64,000 nt of DNA, from the IMG/VR virus record IMGVR_UViG_3300033485_000007, positions 12,653 through 76,652 of that record; one strand, written 5' to 3'. The stretch comes from a virus. Lineage: Duplodnaviria; Caudoviricetes. The notes below the pieces were generated by a model. The model worked only from the letters and a program-made list of their open reading frames with translations, was not told the origin of the DNA and did not search any database. The position numbers and the translations under genes were made by a program. This document shows positions 37,843-48,237 of this stretch, piece after piece; position 1 is the first letter of the stretch; each line of letters begins with the position of its first letter.

Positions 37843-38527
37843 TTACCAGCGCTCGCCACTGCCACGAGCAACGATCGTGTCACCGAATTCATCGCGCATC
37901 CCCTGTAGCGCGGACGCAGCATCGGGGTATCGTCGGTGTAGCCCATTGCGCAGCGGAACCGTGTGATATCCCTTGCGCAAAGCGCAAACTGCCGCGTATG
38001 CAATACGCGCCTGAAGCGCGTCCGCCAATAGGCGTCGCTCGGTGCGACGATACGAGAGGTCCTGATCGTGGCGCTCTCGCGTACCAAGCGGGTGCCACGC
38101 CTTCGCTTCACGGTGTCCGCGCTGAAACGCGGACACCGTAGCAACAGCTGCGTCATATGCGTCACGTCTCGCGATTTCGATTTCCTTGAGTGTTACCATT
38201 TTCTCCTGCCTCTCTAACGCCCCAAGCCCCTCGGCTCTCGCGGAGGGGCGGGTGGATTCACGCTAAATCATCCTCGGTCAGCTCGTACGTGGGAGCCCCG
38301 ACGTACCTCTCCGTCTCGCTCTCAGCGACATGCGCATACAGGTGCTGACCCACCTCGTACCCGTCAGCCGCGCTAAGACCCGCTGCTAGAATCTCCATGC
38401 GGTCGCGAACCTCGGCGAGTGCCTCCTCGTCGGAGTCGGCCTCAAATTCCTCGTCGTCGTGGTCGGGCCACGCATCGGCGGCGCTAGCTGGGTTTCCGTC
38501 GTAGATAGTGTATTTGTACGTCGTCAT
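37843..38527 (-). CDS. two genes driven by P38 (38258-38527 very acidic 89 aa; 37843-38199)
   Basis: RBS GGGAGA / GGAGA; the first protein is D/E-rich. Confidence 0.65.
38209..38250 (-). repeat. hairpin + TTGGGGCGTTAGAGAGGC module, copy 3
   Basis: GCCCCTC/GAGGGGC stem plus the shared 22-mer. Confidence 0.75.
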
Positions 38528-38532
38528 GATTT

Positions 38533-38615
38533 GTTTCTCCCTGACAACCTAAGCATGATGTATCCCGTGCCGGCACGCAACTGTTATCGACACGACTCCA
38601 GAAAATAGTTTCAAG
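38533..38615 (-). promoter_or_regulatory. early promoter repeat P38 with palindrome CGTGCCGGCACG
   Basis: TTGCGT-17-CATGCT; palindrome at 38566-38577. Confidence 0.8.
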
Positions 38616-38907
38616 CGGCGGGATTTGCTTGGGTTTTTGCTATCGCCTCAAGGATCACGTCCACCGCGTCACCGTCCGCCATCCGTCGCCATCTCCTATC
38701 CTCCAGCACGGCGCACAGTTCGCACGGCGCGAGTCCGCCGCGCTCGTGGAGCCGCTCTAGCGTCTGTCCGTGGTTGCGCTGCGCCTGAGCCTCGTGAGGC
38801 GCCACCAGTGACCACGGGACTGACCGGGGGCAGCCAAGCGACTCGAGGGCGTCGACTTCTTGACGGGTGTAGGGCCAGAGGATTTGGAATTGACTGGGTG
38901 TGCTCAT
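38611..38907 (-). CDS. hypothetical protein
   Basis: 98 aa; HEAQAQRNHGQTLERLHERGGL..CEL is a recurrent phage small-protein pattern. Confidence 0.6.
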   Translation of the reverse strand: MSTPSQFQILWPYTRQEVDALESLGCPRSVPWSLVAPHEAQAQRNHGQTLERLHERGGLAPCELCAVLEDRRWRRMADGDAVDVILEAIAKTQANPAA

Positions 38908-39146
38908 TTGACCGGCGCCTCCTGTCCCACCATCAGCATCTCGGCAACAACGGCCCGTCCGCGGTCGGTGATGTTGACCGGAGACGTAGAGCGGCCCTCG
39001 TCCTCGCTGTGCTCGATGGTTACGATCTTTGCGCGTTCGAGGCGCGTCATACTCTGGAATGGCTGTCCGCTCGGGCAGTCACTGAGGTGGCATTGAGGCA
39101 CCGCAACGAGTGTCACGAGTCGCGATAGGTCTGCGTCGGTTAGCAT
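38904..39146 (-). CDS. MarR-like winged-helix protein
   Basis: MTRLERAKIV...RSTSPVNITDRGRAVVAE wing motif. Confidence 0.5.
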   Translation of the reverse strand: MLTDADLSRLVTLVAVPQCHLSDCPSGQPFQSMTRLERAKIVTIEHSEDEGRSTSPVNITDRGRAVVAEMLMVGQEAPVK

Positions 39147-41028
39147 TTCTCTCCGCCTTTCAACTGGGCCTTGACACCGGCCCTAATCGTCGCGCTGAAC
39201 AAATCGAACAGTTCCCGCTTGGCTTCGTCTGGATCAAACGGGCTAAGCTTGTTCCACAAGTCGTCCGGGATAGCGTAGTAGCTTTTTACCTTGAACATTC
39301 GGCACACGACACGCATTAGCTTCCTGAATAGCTTGTGCGGGTACATGATCGGGAACGCTGCCGGCTGCTTCAACGCCAGCTCTTGAATGTAATCGAGTTC
39401 GATGTTTTTTGCTTTTTCTCGGTCGAAATGCTCGATAATTACCCCAGCCGGCGTTTCGCAATCCTCGCACGGGGTAGCTAGCGTTAGTACGTATTTGCCT
39501 TTGTTCGGGGCCGGAATCCAGAACTGAATATCATTAATCGTGCATCCGCACTCACACATTTTGCACGTCCTTTGATGTAAAGCGAGACAGGTCGTCGTCG
39601 GTTGTGTCGGTCATGTTTCGCCTTGGCGCGTCAGTCTGTAGTATCCTAGGTATCTCCACCGCTGGATTCGCTCGAATCCGACACCGCGGCAAGTGTGCGG
39701 GTTCGCATCCGTTGCGGTTGCGTCGGCGCTCAAAGGCACGCACATCGTCAGCCGTGGCCAGCGTGTAGGTTTTGCCATGGCACCGTGGACACCTCTCACG
39801 GTAGCGCTCATACGGCCCGCACGGAGCGTCCCAGTACCCGGTCGAGCAGCATGGCAGCTTGTCGCCTATGTTCATAGTTCCCTCACATTGCCTGAGGTGC
39901 AATACCCACACGGTGGGCTAATGAAACACGTGCATTTATCAGGGTCGAAATCCTCTTTTCCGTCGTCTTCCTCTTCCTTTTTCTCAAGCTCTCGCATGCG
40001 GTCGCTGGCCTCCGATTCCGATGACCCATCATCGATATCCCACCACGACGATCGGGCCACAAGTCCGTCGCTACGGGTCATGACGGCCTGTAGCGATTTG
40101 CCGTTCCGGCTCCGATTGGTGACCATTTCGTATGTGAGTGACGCCGGTTTCTCGCCGATATGATTCGTTGCGCTCAGTCTCGCAATCTCCGCCCCTGCCG
40201 CCGCAAGCTTCGCCTTTAACCCATCAATCGTTTCGCGCGTCATCGCCTCACTGCCCTGCGTCGTGGTCTCGGTTGGCTGTTTGACGTTGAGCGCCCGGAG
40301 CCGACAGACCTCCTCGATCGCTTCAGACGTAGCGCGGCGAGAGCCGGTCAGGTCGCGTTCTAGGGACTCGATTCGGTAGACTGATGCCTTTTTGAAAGCC
40401 CGCAAAACCTCATCAAGTTCCTTGGAGTGCTGCTGCTCACCGAGGATTCGTTCGCGCGCCCACGCCCACCGCTCGTCGCCGAGGAAGCGCTCGAGGTCGA
40501 GGTCTTTAGCGAGAGTGTCAATAATACCATCACACTGTGACTTAATTCCCCGGTAATCGCGCCAGTCCGCGTCGCTTCTCTCTTTCAGTTCTTGGATTCT
40601 ATTCGTTAGTCGTTCCCGCTCCAGGCGAGCGTTATTACGCAACTCCTCAATCGTCCTGCGCTGCGCCTCAAGCTTTTCCTCGAGGCCGCTTCGGTGTTTA
40701 TCCGTCCGACACTGCGCGTAAAGCCTCGCCCTCTCGCTAACCCGCGCGTCGTCAGCCTCCTGCGCTAGCGTGTGAATCGACGGCAGGGCGCGAATACCCG
40801 CGAGCGTTTCGGTTGCTAGGTTGAGTAGTCTTTTCACTTCGTCTTATCTCCTTTGTCGATGGCCTCAAGTGCCACCCTGACCAACTCGCATTTCGTCACC
40901 GCTGGCAGCTCGACCACGTGACGCAAACCGGCGCGATACGCCTCCGCCCGTCGCATGTGCCGCCGTTTCGATTTCAGCGCGCGGTCTAGTTTTGTCTCGA
41001 GGGATTGAATGATTTCGGTGACGGTCAT
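39140..41028 (-). CDS. four hypothetical genes (39140-39559 Cys-rich, 39552-39911, 39872-40837 coiled-coil ending CTCFISPPCGYC, 40834-41028)
   Basis: Overlapping coupled ORFs. Confidence 0.55.
39605..39705 (-). repeat. about 101-bp element, copy 2
   Basis: Aligns with 37740-37842. Confidence 0.85.
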
Positions 41029-41441
41029 AAATATTCCAACTCAATATCCCGCTCAAACATGCCCTGTTGCCCGACGATTGGCACGGGTCGCACTCGTCGC
41101 GGATTGGTGACGCACCAGTGGTAGTAGCCGGGCATTGCCCACCGTGACGGGCTGTCGCGTACGCAATCAACAACGTCGACCACGCCGATAACGTGACCGC
41201 GGAGAGCTGCGTCCCGCGGCGGAATCGAGACCGGCGAAAACAGGCTACCAACGGCACACGCAATGAACTCGTCAATCTCGTCCAGCTTGACCGCCTTGAG
41301 CTGTTTGCGCGACACGTGGACGGCGAGCGGACCGCGGTGTTTCGTGGCTCGCGAACGGTTTTCGATGTCCTTGCATTCGGAGGCGAAATCGAAGAACGAC
41401 CAAGCCCAAGGCTCGTGAACTGTGAGGATTTTCATTACCAC
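41025..41441 (-). CDS. ASCH domain protein
   Basis: LTVHEPWAW...KDIENRS...RGPLAVH, GHVIGVVDVVD, WAMPGYYHW. Confidence 0.85.
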   Translation of the reverse strand: MVMKILTVHEPWAWSFFDFASECKDIENRSRATKHRGPLAVHVSRKQLKAVKLDEIDEFIACAVGSLFSPVSIPPRDAALRGHVIGVVDVVDCVRDSPSRWAMPGYYHWCVTNPRRVRPVPIVGQQGMFERDIELEYL

Positions 41442-42442
41442 TTATCCCCCGGCATCATCCGCACATTCAGCCGCGCTGGCCATCCACCGCATTCGGTCGT
41501 GTCCTTCGAAACGCGCGTCTTGCCATTGCCGCTATCGACTTCGATTTGTTTCACGAAAACCGGCACGTTCGCCGATTTGCACTGGTCGATAATCGAGTCG
41601 AACCAGGCGACATCCGACGGTCGGCGACCGGGGCCTGACTCCGTTCCGACAACGATCCAATCGAGCCCCCATTCCCATGTTCCTCCGGTCGAAGGAACCT
41701 TAGGATCAGGATGCTGCAACCGCTCGCCGTTATTCGCAACAAGCGTTGGCTTGAGATACTTGCGGATATCGAGCCCCGAAAGCAACGGCTCAGCACTGAT
41801 CCACCGTACGGCAGCCGGGCAGCGGAGTAGGTACGGAATTCGCTCGTCTGCGGCCGCCTGGTTTTCGACGGAGACGCCGACGTGGACGTTTGGTAGGGGC
41901 CACTTGAGACCGTCGACCATGTTTCGAAGTTTCCAGAACTTCGCATCATGGTCCTCGTCGCTGCCGTCGGCGAGTTCCGCGGAAGACAGCGAGCAAAGCG
42001 TGTCGCCGATGAAGTCTCCGTGTTCGGCTGTCTCCGACCGAATCCACTCGTAAAACTCCACCATGCGCTCGGCGCGCTTGGTCAAGATCTGGAAAGTATG
42101 CTGCGGACACGATGCGATTACACCGTAGACTGCGGCGATTTGTTCGAATGAAAGCGACTCGTGGAATAAATCCGACATCGAATTTACGAAGACGAGCGAC
42201 GGTTTTTTCCAGTGCAACGGGGCCGCGAGCATCTCCGGAATGAAGCGGACCTCACCGGACCATTTACCGTCGCGAATCAATCCGTGATACGGCTGACCTT
42301 CGCCACAGAACCGCGCCGCCATGCGTTCGGCAAAGCAATTTTTACAGCCGCTCGAAACCTTCGAGCATCCGCGGATCGCGTTCCACGTGTAGCCAGGCGT
42401 CCCAGCTTCGGATCTCGTCCATTCAATCGATGTTTTAGCCAT
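41435..42442 (-). CDS. DUF5131 (phage Gp37/Gp68) family protein
   Basis: SIEWT, WN..RGCSKVSSGCKNCFAE, FVNSMSDLFHE, HTFQILTKR, RWISAEPLL, GLDWIVVG.ESG, FVKQ. Confidence 0.9.
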   Translation of the reverse strand: MAKTSIEWTRSEAGTPGYTWNAIRGCSKVSSGCKNCFAERMAARFCGEGQPYHGLIRDGKWSGEVRFIPEMLAAPLHWKKPSLVFVNSMSDLFHESLSFEQIAAVYGVIASCPQHTFQILTKRAERMVEFYEWIRSETAEHGDFIGDTLCSLSSAELADGSDEDHDAKFWKLRNMVDGLKWPLPNVHVGVSVENQAAADERIPYLLRCPAAVRWISAEPLLSGLDIRKYLKPTLVANNGERLQHPDPKVPSTGGTWEWGLDWIVVGTESGPGRRPSDVAWFDSIIDQCKSANVPVFVKQIEVDSGNGKTRVSKDTTECGGWPARLNVRMMPGDKW

Positions 42443-44417
42443 TTGCTGTCACCTCCGTGTTGCGCTTCTTGATTTCATCAGCCCGATACAGTGACCACAT
42501 GAGACACGATATGAAGTCGGTAATTTCGTCGGTCATTGCCGATCCGGCGGGCGCCATGTGATAAAAGTCGACAAGTAAAACGCGCTCGCCATCTGACGAA
42601 ACACCAACGGTTGACGTCCATTTGCCAGGAGGCTTCTCGCGTGCCGATGCGGTCGCTTGGTGGCGGCCTAGTTTTCCATTCACTCGGCCCGAATCGTCGA
42701 GCGTGAATACCACCGACGGCGTTGCCCCATCCGGGTTTGCGCACGTCCAGGTTCCGACAACTTTCGGGAACGAAAACATGTTGTATTTCATGAAGCTCAT
42801 ATTAGTAAACCACTGGTTTGTGTGCTGAGCAGAATCCGGAACCGTCACTAGGCAACCCTCCATACGCGGCAAGTTCGCATTGAGTGGACGATCCCTCGTC
42901 AGGGTCACCTGGGAACCACGAGCACGTCTTGCACCGCTTGACCACCGCCACCTCGACGAACCCGTCACGCGGCACACCAGAAATCTTGGCGGTCTCGAGA
43001 TGGCCGGCAACGTCCATGCGTAGCGAGTTTCGGTGGAGTCTGTCTAGCGCGGATTGTTGGATGTAGATGGTCATTTTGACAGCTCCTCAAGCAACCTCTG
43101 TGATTGTAGCCTGATGCTTGGGCTAATTTCAAAGTCGTCGGCCGTGGAAATGCGCTCAACGAACGCGCGAAGCTTCTGCTCCGCTTCAGTCCGCTTGCCA
43201 AGCAATGCCGACAATTCCGTGACCGCTTGCGACAGGCTGGCACTCAACGCCTCCGCCGCAATCCGTCGCGCGGTTTCGGATTGGAGATGATCGAGCGGAG
43301 CGAAACGTTTGTGCTCCACTGTAGCAAGCAGACTGTCAAAATTAAGCACCTGAGACGGGACCACGCGTGTCTTTTCTGTCTTTACTGACCCGGAAAACTG
43401 TAGGCAATTTACAGATTCGAAACTCACCCAAACATCCCGCGACTCGTCACGCTTCTCGCTCGCAACCGGCAAGAGCTCATAGTCGCACGTGTGGTCACAT
43501 CCAAGTCCTTTCCACCGTTCACGCTCGAAATCATCATCGGGCTCGTCGCGCCTGTCACATTCAGTGGCGCGCTTGAGCGGGACGAGGGCCCCGTACTCAA
43601 TCCGATCGGTACTTTCCGCCCAGGTGTCATCAAGCGCCAGGTCAATCCATTCCTGAGCCGACGACTCCGCCTCCGTCAGCGTATCGTGCTCCTCGAATTC
43701 GCCGTCGATTCCTAGGCTGTAGTATCTATTGGTCATCGTCTTCCTCTTCGTTTCTTCCGTACCCGTAGTCGCGCTCTTCCTCGCGCTCACGTTCCATTTC
43801 CGCGTCAATACAACCTGGTGCGCACCTCTCAGGAGCCACCGCGTGGCATCCGGGACAGACACGAGCAAGCATGTCGGTGTCGCGCTTCTCGAGTAGCGCG
43901 CGCATTAATTCGTAATCGGACTCGCGGAGTTCAACGGTCGCACCGGCTATCTCGACCTGTCCAATTGTCGGGTTTTCGGCGGTATAGGTCACGCCGCCAC
44001 CAGCAGCCTTTGCGACCTTGTTCGCCTCATTGGCCATCAGTCGATACCAAAGACGCGTGCCCATGGTATCGGCCTGCTTCGCGAATTCGTTGTAACCAAC
44101 GACAAGGGCCGTTAGAGCTATCGCGTTGTGTTGCTCTTCGCTCATGACTTTTCCTTAACCACCGCATACGGATTCCGCTGCGGTTTGCCTTCTTTTATCG
44201 CCGCTTGCCCAGCGACGTAGCCTTCGGACCAGATGTCGGCGAGCTTCGCCTTCAACTCGAGATACGCCGCGGCGGGCACGAATTCTTCGAGGCCATCATC
44301 GGGATCCGTATCGACCTCGACGTGCAGGTAGGAGCCCATTTCGCGCACCTCTTCAAGGTCGTCGCTGTCAACGAAGATGGACTCCGGATGCGCTTTCATA
44401 GCAGGGTCAGTCGACAT
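42435..44417 (-). CDS. five hypothetical genes (42435-42800, 42802-43074, 43071-43736, 43726-44145, 44142-44417)
   Basis: Coupled ORFs; several have CxxC pairs. Confidence 0.55.
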
Positions 44418-45003
44418 ATTGCACCTCGCTATCGGCTAGCGACGGGTTTGCCACAACTGCCTTTAAGATCGAATCAATGCATCCGCTGCAAACCGTGAAG
44501 CCTTGTTTGCCGTACTTTAGTAGACGACGCACGGTCGATTTAGCATGCGTTACCTTATGAATAGCTAGTCTTTTGCGCCCGAGGTCGTAGAGCGTGAAAT
44601 CGCCAAAAATAAGACGCTCCGAGTCGTAAGCGGTCTGACATATCGTGAAATCGAACGAATCGATCACGTCAGCCGCTGAACCGTAGGCTACCTTGAGAAA
44701 CTGGATTACCCGAGCCTTTCCGTTGATTTCGAACGTGAACCCTCGGTAGAAATCAGTGTCAGCTGTTTGTTTAGCGCCTTTACCGAGCAGCGTCGCGGTC
44801 GACTCGTCCAATTGCGAGAAACTCGCAAAGCCGACGTCAAAATCTGAGTCCTGCGGTTGGCCGATAATGAGCCGACGAACCGAACCGCCAACAAGGAACG
44901 GGCCATTGGGAGTGACACCAATACGGGTAGCCACTGATGAAAGTTCCTCTAGGGAGAGTCCGTATCTGTCGGTAAATTCAACCGCGTTTATCGCCTGTGT
45001 CAT
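44407..45003 (-). CDS. minimal class II nucleotidyltransferase (CCA/poly(A) polymerase head-like)
   Basis: FLVGGSVRR, DSDFDV (DxD), SFDFTICQ, RRLLKYGKQGF. Confidence 0.75.
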   Translation of the reverse strand: MTQAINAVEFTDRYGLSLEELSSVATRIGVTPNGPFLVGGSVRRLIIGQPQDSDFDVGFASFSQLDESTATLLGKGAKQTADTDFYRGFTFEINGKARVIQFLKVAYGSAADVIDSFDFTICQTAYDSERLIFGDFTLYDLGRKRLAIHKVTHAKSTVRRLLKYGKQGFTVCSGCIDSILKAVVANPSLADSEVQYVD

Positions 45004-45795
45004 AGAAGATCAATCAGCTTTCCGAACAGCTCAAGCGTCTCTCTCGAGAAATCCTGGCCTTCGTCATTGTTGGCGATTGACTCGCATAGCTCCCTCGCCG
45101 CAACGCGTACCGGATCGAGTCCAGCACGGTCGATGACGGCTAGTAGGTCTGCGCTAAACGCAACGACACCGGTTCCACTTGGTGCGGTAATAGCTATTAC
45201 GTTGCCGTGTGTATTTGTAACGCGAAAACCGTCATCCTCAACGACTGCTCCATCGTCAGCCCACGCACTTCCAGGCGCTAACTGTTGCATCTCAACTTCT
45301 CCTGTCACCATATCTAGCGCGAATCGTCATCCGGCGCAACCGAAATCGTCAATGCACTCTTGAAGCCGAACTTGCCGCCTATCGACCACCAATACGACCT
45401 CGGCCAGGTACCCGCACCACGTCATCGGCGCCTTGCGGTCGTCTTCTCGTCCTGGCTCGCGGCACAGGCTTCGGCACCGTCGATGGGCTCCAGGCGTGAC
45501 GCAGTGCTGGCCGAGTTCGCTTGGATGTACCAACGTTAGCGAGTGGCGACCATTCCGACCTTTGCCGCCAATCGTCGCCGTGCCGTCTGTTTTATGAAAG
45601 CTCGCCATAGAAATTCGCCGCTCCGATTGGGTCAGATATCTCAACGATTCGCCTAGCCAGTTCACGACGACGCATCTTGGTCGGTTTGTCTATACCGCAC
45701 CACCTGGCGAGTCGTAACAGCTCACGGTACGGACAATTCGACAAGCGGTAGGCAACCGAGTCAGCCAGCCGCCTGTCGATTCCGCTCGAGTTCAT
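45000..45795 (-). CDS. three hypothetical genes (45000-45311, 45327-45608, 45592-45795)
   Basis: ORF track with adjusted starts. Confidence 0.5.
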
Positions 45796-46442
45796 CCGGG
45801 TTGTTTTAGCGCGGCGGTCAATTGGGCGCGCTCGTCGGTAGTCCATGAGAACTTTGAGAGCGTCGACGCTGGATATGTAGCGCGTCCTTCATCGTTAAGT
45901 TTCCCAATGGCTTCCAGATGATCAGCGAGATTCCCGGCCGGTCTCTCGATTGCCGCCTGAGCCTGGCTCGTTTGCTTGGGCTGTTTAGTGTCTGCGGTCT
46001 TAACGAGTCTACGCTCTTTCGGCTTCCGCTTCGGCAATTTGATGGTAACGGACATGTCGCCGTCAATGTCTGGCGAACCGAGAACGCGAACCGCGTCGCA
46101 CATCGCTCCCTTTGCGCCGCCCGGGTCTCGGTCGCGCTCGATGCACCAGGACACGCGCTTTCCAATCCATGCCTTCAGGACCTTGCCGAACATAGCCTTG
46201 AGGCAATCCCCGTTGGTCTTGTTGAGTTTGAACTGCATCGGCGTCTCGACAAATGTCAGGATACCGGCGGGCTTATCAACTCCGTCGTCATCTGGAAGCG
46301 CTTCTAGGTCGTAATCCTTGATCGTTAGCGTTGGCTTATCAGTGCCAAACAACGGCACGAATAGTCCAGATTTCAAGAATCGACCTGGGAACATTTCGTC
46401 CCAACACGTCGGTTTCGGTAGCATTTTTCGTTCAATCGCCAT
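45792..46442 (-). CDS. putative ssDNA-binding/recombination-associated protein
   Basis: WDEMFPGRFLK, LNKTN..CLKAMFG...WIGKRV pattern; adjacent to an exonuclease. Confidence 0.5.
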   Translation of the reverse strand: MAIERKMLPKPTCWDEMFPGRFLKSGLFVPLFGTDKPTLTIKDYDLEALPDDDGVDKPAGILTFVETPMQFKLNKTNGDCLKAMFGKVLKAWIGKRVSWCIERDRDPGGAKGAMCDAVRVLGSPDIDGDMSVTIKLPKRKPKERRLVKTADTKQPKQTSQAQAAIERPAGNLADHLEAIGKLNDEGRATYPASTLSKFSWTTDERAQLTAALKQPG

Positions 46443-47370
46443 CGGTATTGTCCTTTGAGAAGTCCAGCTCCTCGTCTAATCCGTCTTCTGAATCGTGTCT
46501 AGCGAACTTGGGGATTTGGTACTTTAGTCGAACCTCGTTTGCCATTCCGGGGAAATCGTTATGAGCAATCGCGACCTTCAACTTCATCAGCCATTCCTGG
46601 TAATTGATCCGCCCCTCCTGAAGGTCCTCCTCGTCGAGCTCAAAAACGATCGAATCGTGGATGTCACAAGACTCAACGGCGAGCACCAGCGTTTCCGGGT
46701 CGTCTTCGATATCGAATAGCGTGCGAAGTGCGTCGGCGTACCATGCCATCCTGGAGTGGTACTGGAGCTTGGCAGCCTCGTGAAAGAATTTACCTGGTGA
46801 GATATCGCGAGCCGTTTTCAGGTCGCCGAATGACGGACGCCATCCGTCAGGAAGTTTGTCACCTGGCTTGACACGCTTCCCGTTGAGTCTACGAAGCCAG
46901 TCTATACGGCCCTTGCATAGGATGCCTGTTTCTCGGTCGACCCAAACGAGTACCACTTCCGTTTCGACGTCGCTGATTGCCTCGCGTGACCGTGGCTCCG
47001 CGTGAATCTCGTGCCGAATAGCGACCGCTTTGTTGTAGTCGTCGAGCTGGACGATTGTTTTACCAGGATTCGCCGCAACAAACGCGTTCCAATCGTCCCC
47101 GCGACGCGGCGACATCTTTGTCTTGCCGTCCTCGTCTGGCTTTGAGCGCTTGGTCCAGGGCACAAACTCGCGCGCGAACCGGTCTGGCTCGAGAACCGCG
47201 GCGTGTCCAGTCGTTCCGAGCGCGAGCGCCTTAGTGGCTCGCTTTGGGCACCGCTTATAGTGTTTTAGCGACTTGTTGATAAACGACAGTCTCGACACGT
47301 TCACCGCGTCGATTTGCTCGTACGCGTCAGGCGCTATCTCGTCTCTGTAGTACAGACCGATTCCAATCAT
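46432..47370 (-). CDS. exonuclease VIII/RecE-like PD-(D/E)XK nuclease (DUF3799-like)
   Basis: LGTTGHAAVLEP, CKGRIDW, DLKT, YHSRMAWY. Confidence 0.85.
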   Translation of the reverse strand: MIGIGLYYRDEIAPDAYEQIDAVNVSRLSFINKSLKHYKRCPKRATKALALGTTGHAAVLEPDRFAREFVPWTKRSKPDEDGKTKMSPRRGDDWNAFVAANPGKTIVQLDDYNKAVAIRHEIHAEPRSREAISDVETEVVLVWVDRETGILCKGRIDWLRRLNGKRVKPGDKLPDGWRPSFGDLKTARDISPGKFFHEAAKLQYHSRMAWYADALRTLFDIEDDPETLVLAVESCDIHDSIVFELDEEDLQEGRINYQEWLMKLKVAIAHNDFPGMANEVRLKYQIPKFARHDSEDGLDEELDFSKDNTDGD

Positions 47371-47371
47371 G

Positions 47372-47527
47372 CTACAATCTCCTTAAATCGTCACTTCCGC
47401 AACTAGGACACGTCACCTGATAGCACTCACAGCGCGCCGTGTCGAGTTCAGCAAACTCGGCAAAGCACGTCTGACATTCGAGCGTTAGATCATCCTCTGG
47501 CGGGTCGTAGTCGCCAGCGCCACGCAT
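47372..47527 (-). CDS. 51-aa zinc-ribbon protein (not in ORF track)
   Basis: ECQTCFAEF...VTCPSCGSDDLRRL, two CxxC pairs. Confidence 0.6.
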   Translation of the reverse strand: MRGAGDYDPPEDDLTLECQTCFAEFAELDTARCECYQVTCPSCGSDDLRRL

Positions 47528-47528
47528 T

Positions 47529-47729
47529 CTATCGGTGCGCACTGCCGACCGCCTCCTGAGCGTCTAGGGCGAGCTTCCCGATGGCTTGGGCGCGCGGTAT
47601 GTCGCCGCTATCGAGAGCCAGCAGAGCCGCCGTGGCGAGTCCGCGAGCAATGCACTCGGCCTGGAAAAGATCTGTGTGAATCAGGGCAAGCATTTGTTCG
47701 TATGCTATTTGGGCTTGGGATGGAGTCAT
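47529..47729 (-). CDS. small hypothetical protein
   Basis: 66 aa with AGAGG RBS. Confidence 0.55.
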   Translation of the reverse strand: MTPSQAQIAYEQMLALIHTDLFQAECIARGLATAALLALDSGDIPRAQAIGKLALDAQEAVGSAHR

Positions 47730-47759
47730 AATCCTCTACTCAGGAATCGTCTTTTGTTT

Positions 47760-48233
47760 GTGCCCAGTCACGGAGTCTAACCGTGTCAGTACGTCTGGGC
47801 TGGACCGGGCTTATCGCGCCCTTGCGTTACCGCTCTGACGCCAATCGTGGCCCCGGTACACGGCGGATGCGCCTCACGATTGGTTGTCTTAGTGTTACTG
47901 GCATAGCATTTGGTCCGTTTGGTTTTGGTCTGCTACCGGCGGGCGCAACCCGCGCGCAATACCCAGCGTTACTCGATGCTGGTCATAAATCCTCTAGTGG
48001 TTCTTCCGGGCCATACCGCAGTCATCTCAGTCATCGCAATCCGTTGCCGATTGGACACCCGCCGGCACAATTGCCACGTGGTTGGCTTCGATTAATTTGG
48101 TTGGTATGTCAATGTTGGCGCAACCCTAAGGCATGGTTCCTCGCTTTCGTCTGGCAGCCTGTCACATTACAGGGCCCGGGAGAATGAACAATCAGCGTGG
48201 CCGATTACTCACTCTATCGGGCTCTGTATGGGC
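47760..48233 (-). ncRNA. candidate about 470-nt structured RNA
   Basis: Downstream of a promoter, no sense ORF longer than about 35 codons, at least ten helices found by eye including a 9-bp perfect stem and GNRA loops. Confidence 0.5.
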
Positions 48234-48237
48234 AATT

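Noticed and set aside
39605-39712. tRNA-like look (TCAGTCTG..., GGGTTCGCATCC) on the plus strand
   Set aside because: T-stem does not pair, no acceptor stem or anticodon arm, and the T-loop-like part is not kept in copy 1
41193-42053. 286-aa plus-strand ORF and many similar long antisense ORFs in the track
   Set aside because: Antisense shadows of well-supported genes (here DUF5131/ASCH), expected in GC-rich DNA, with no motifs
47800-48145. Fragments resembling RNase P (ACCGGGCTTATCG; GAGGAACCATGC) and SRP (GGCCCGGAAG)
   Set aside because: The RNase P-like pieces are on opposite strands and lack GAGGAAAGTCC; the SRP-like piece lacks AGCAG; treated as chance matches
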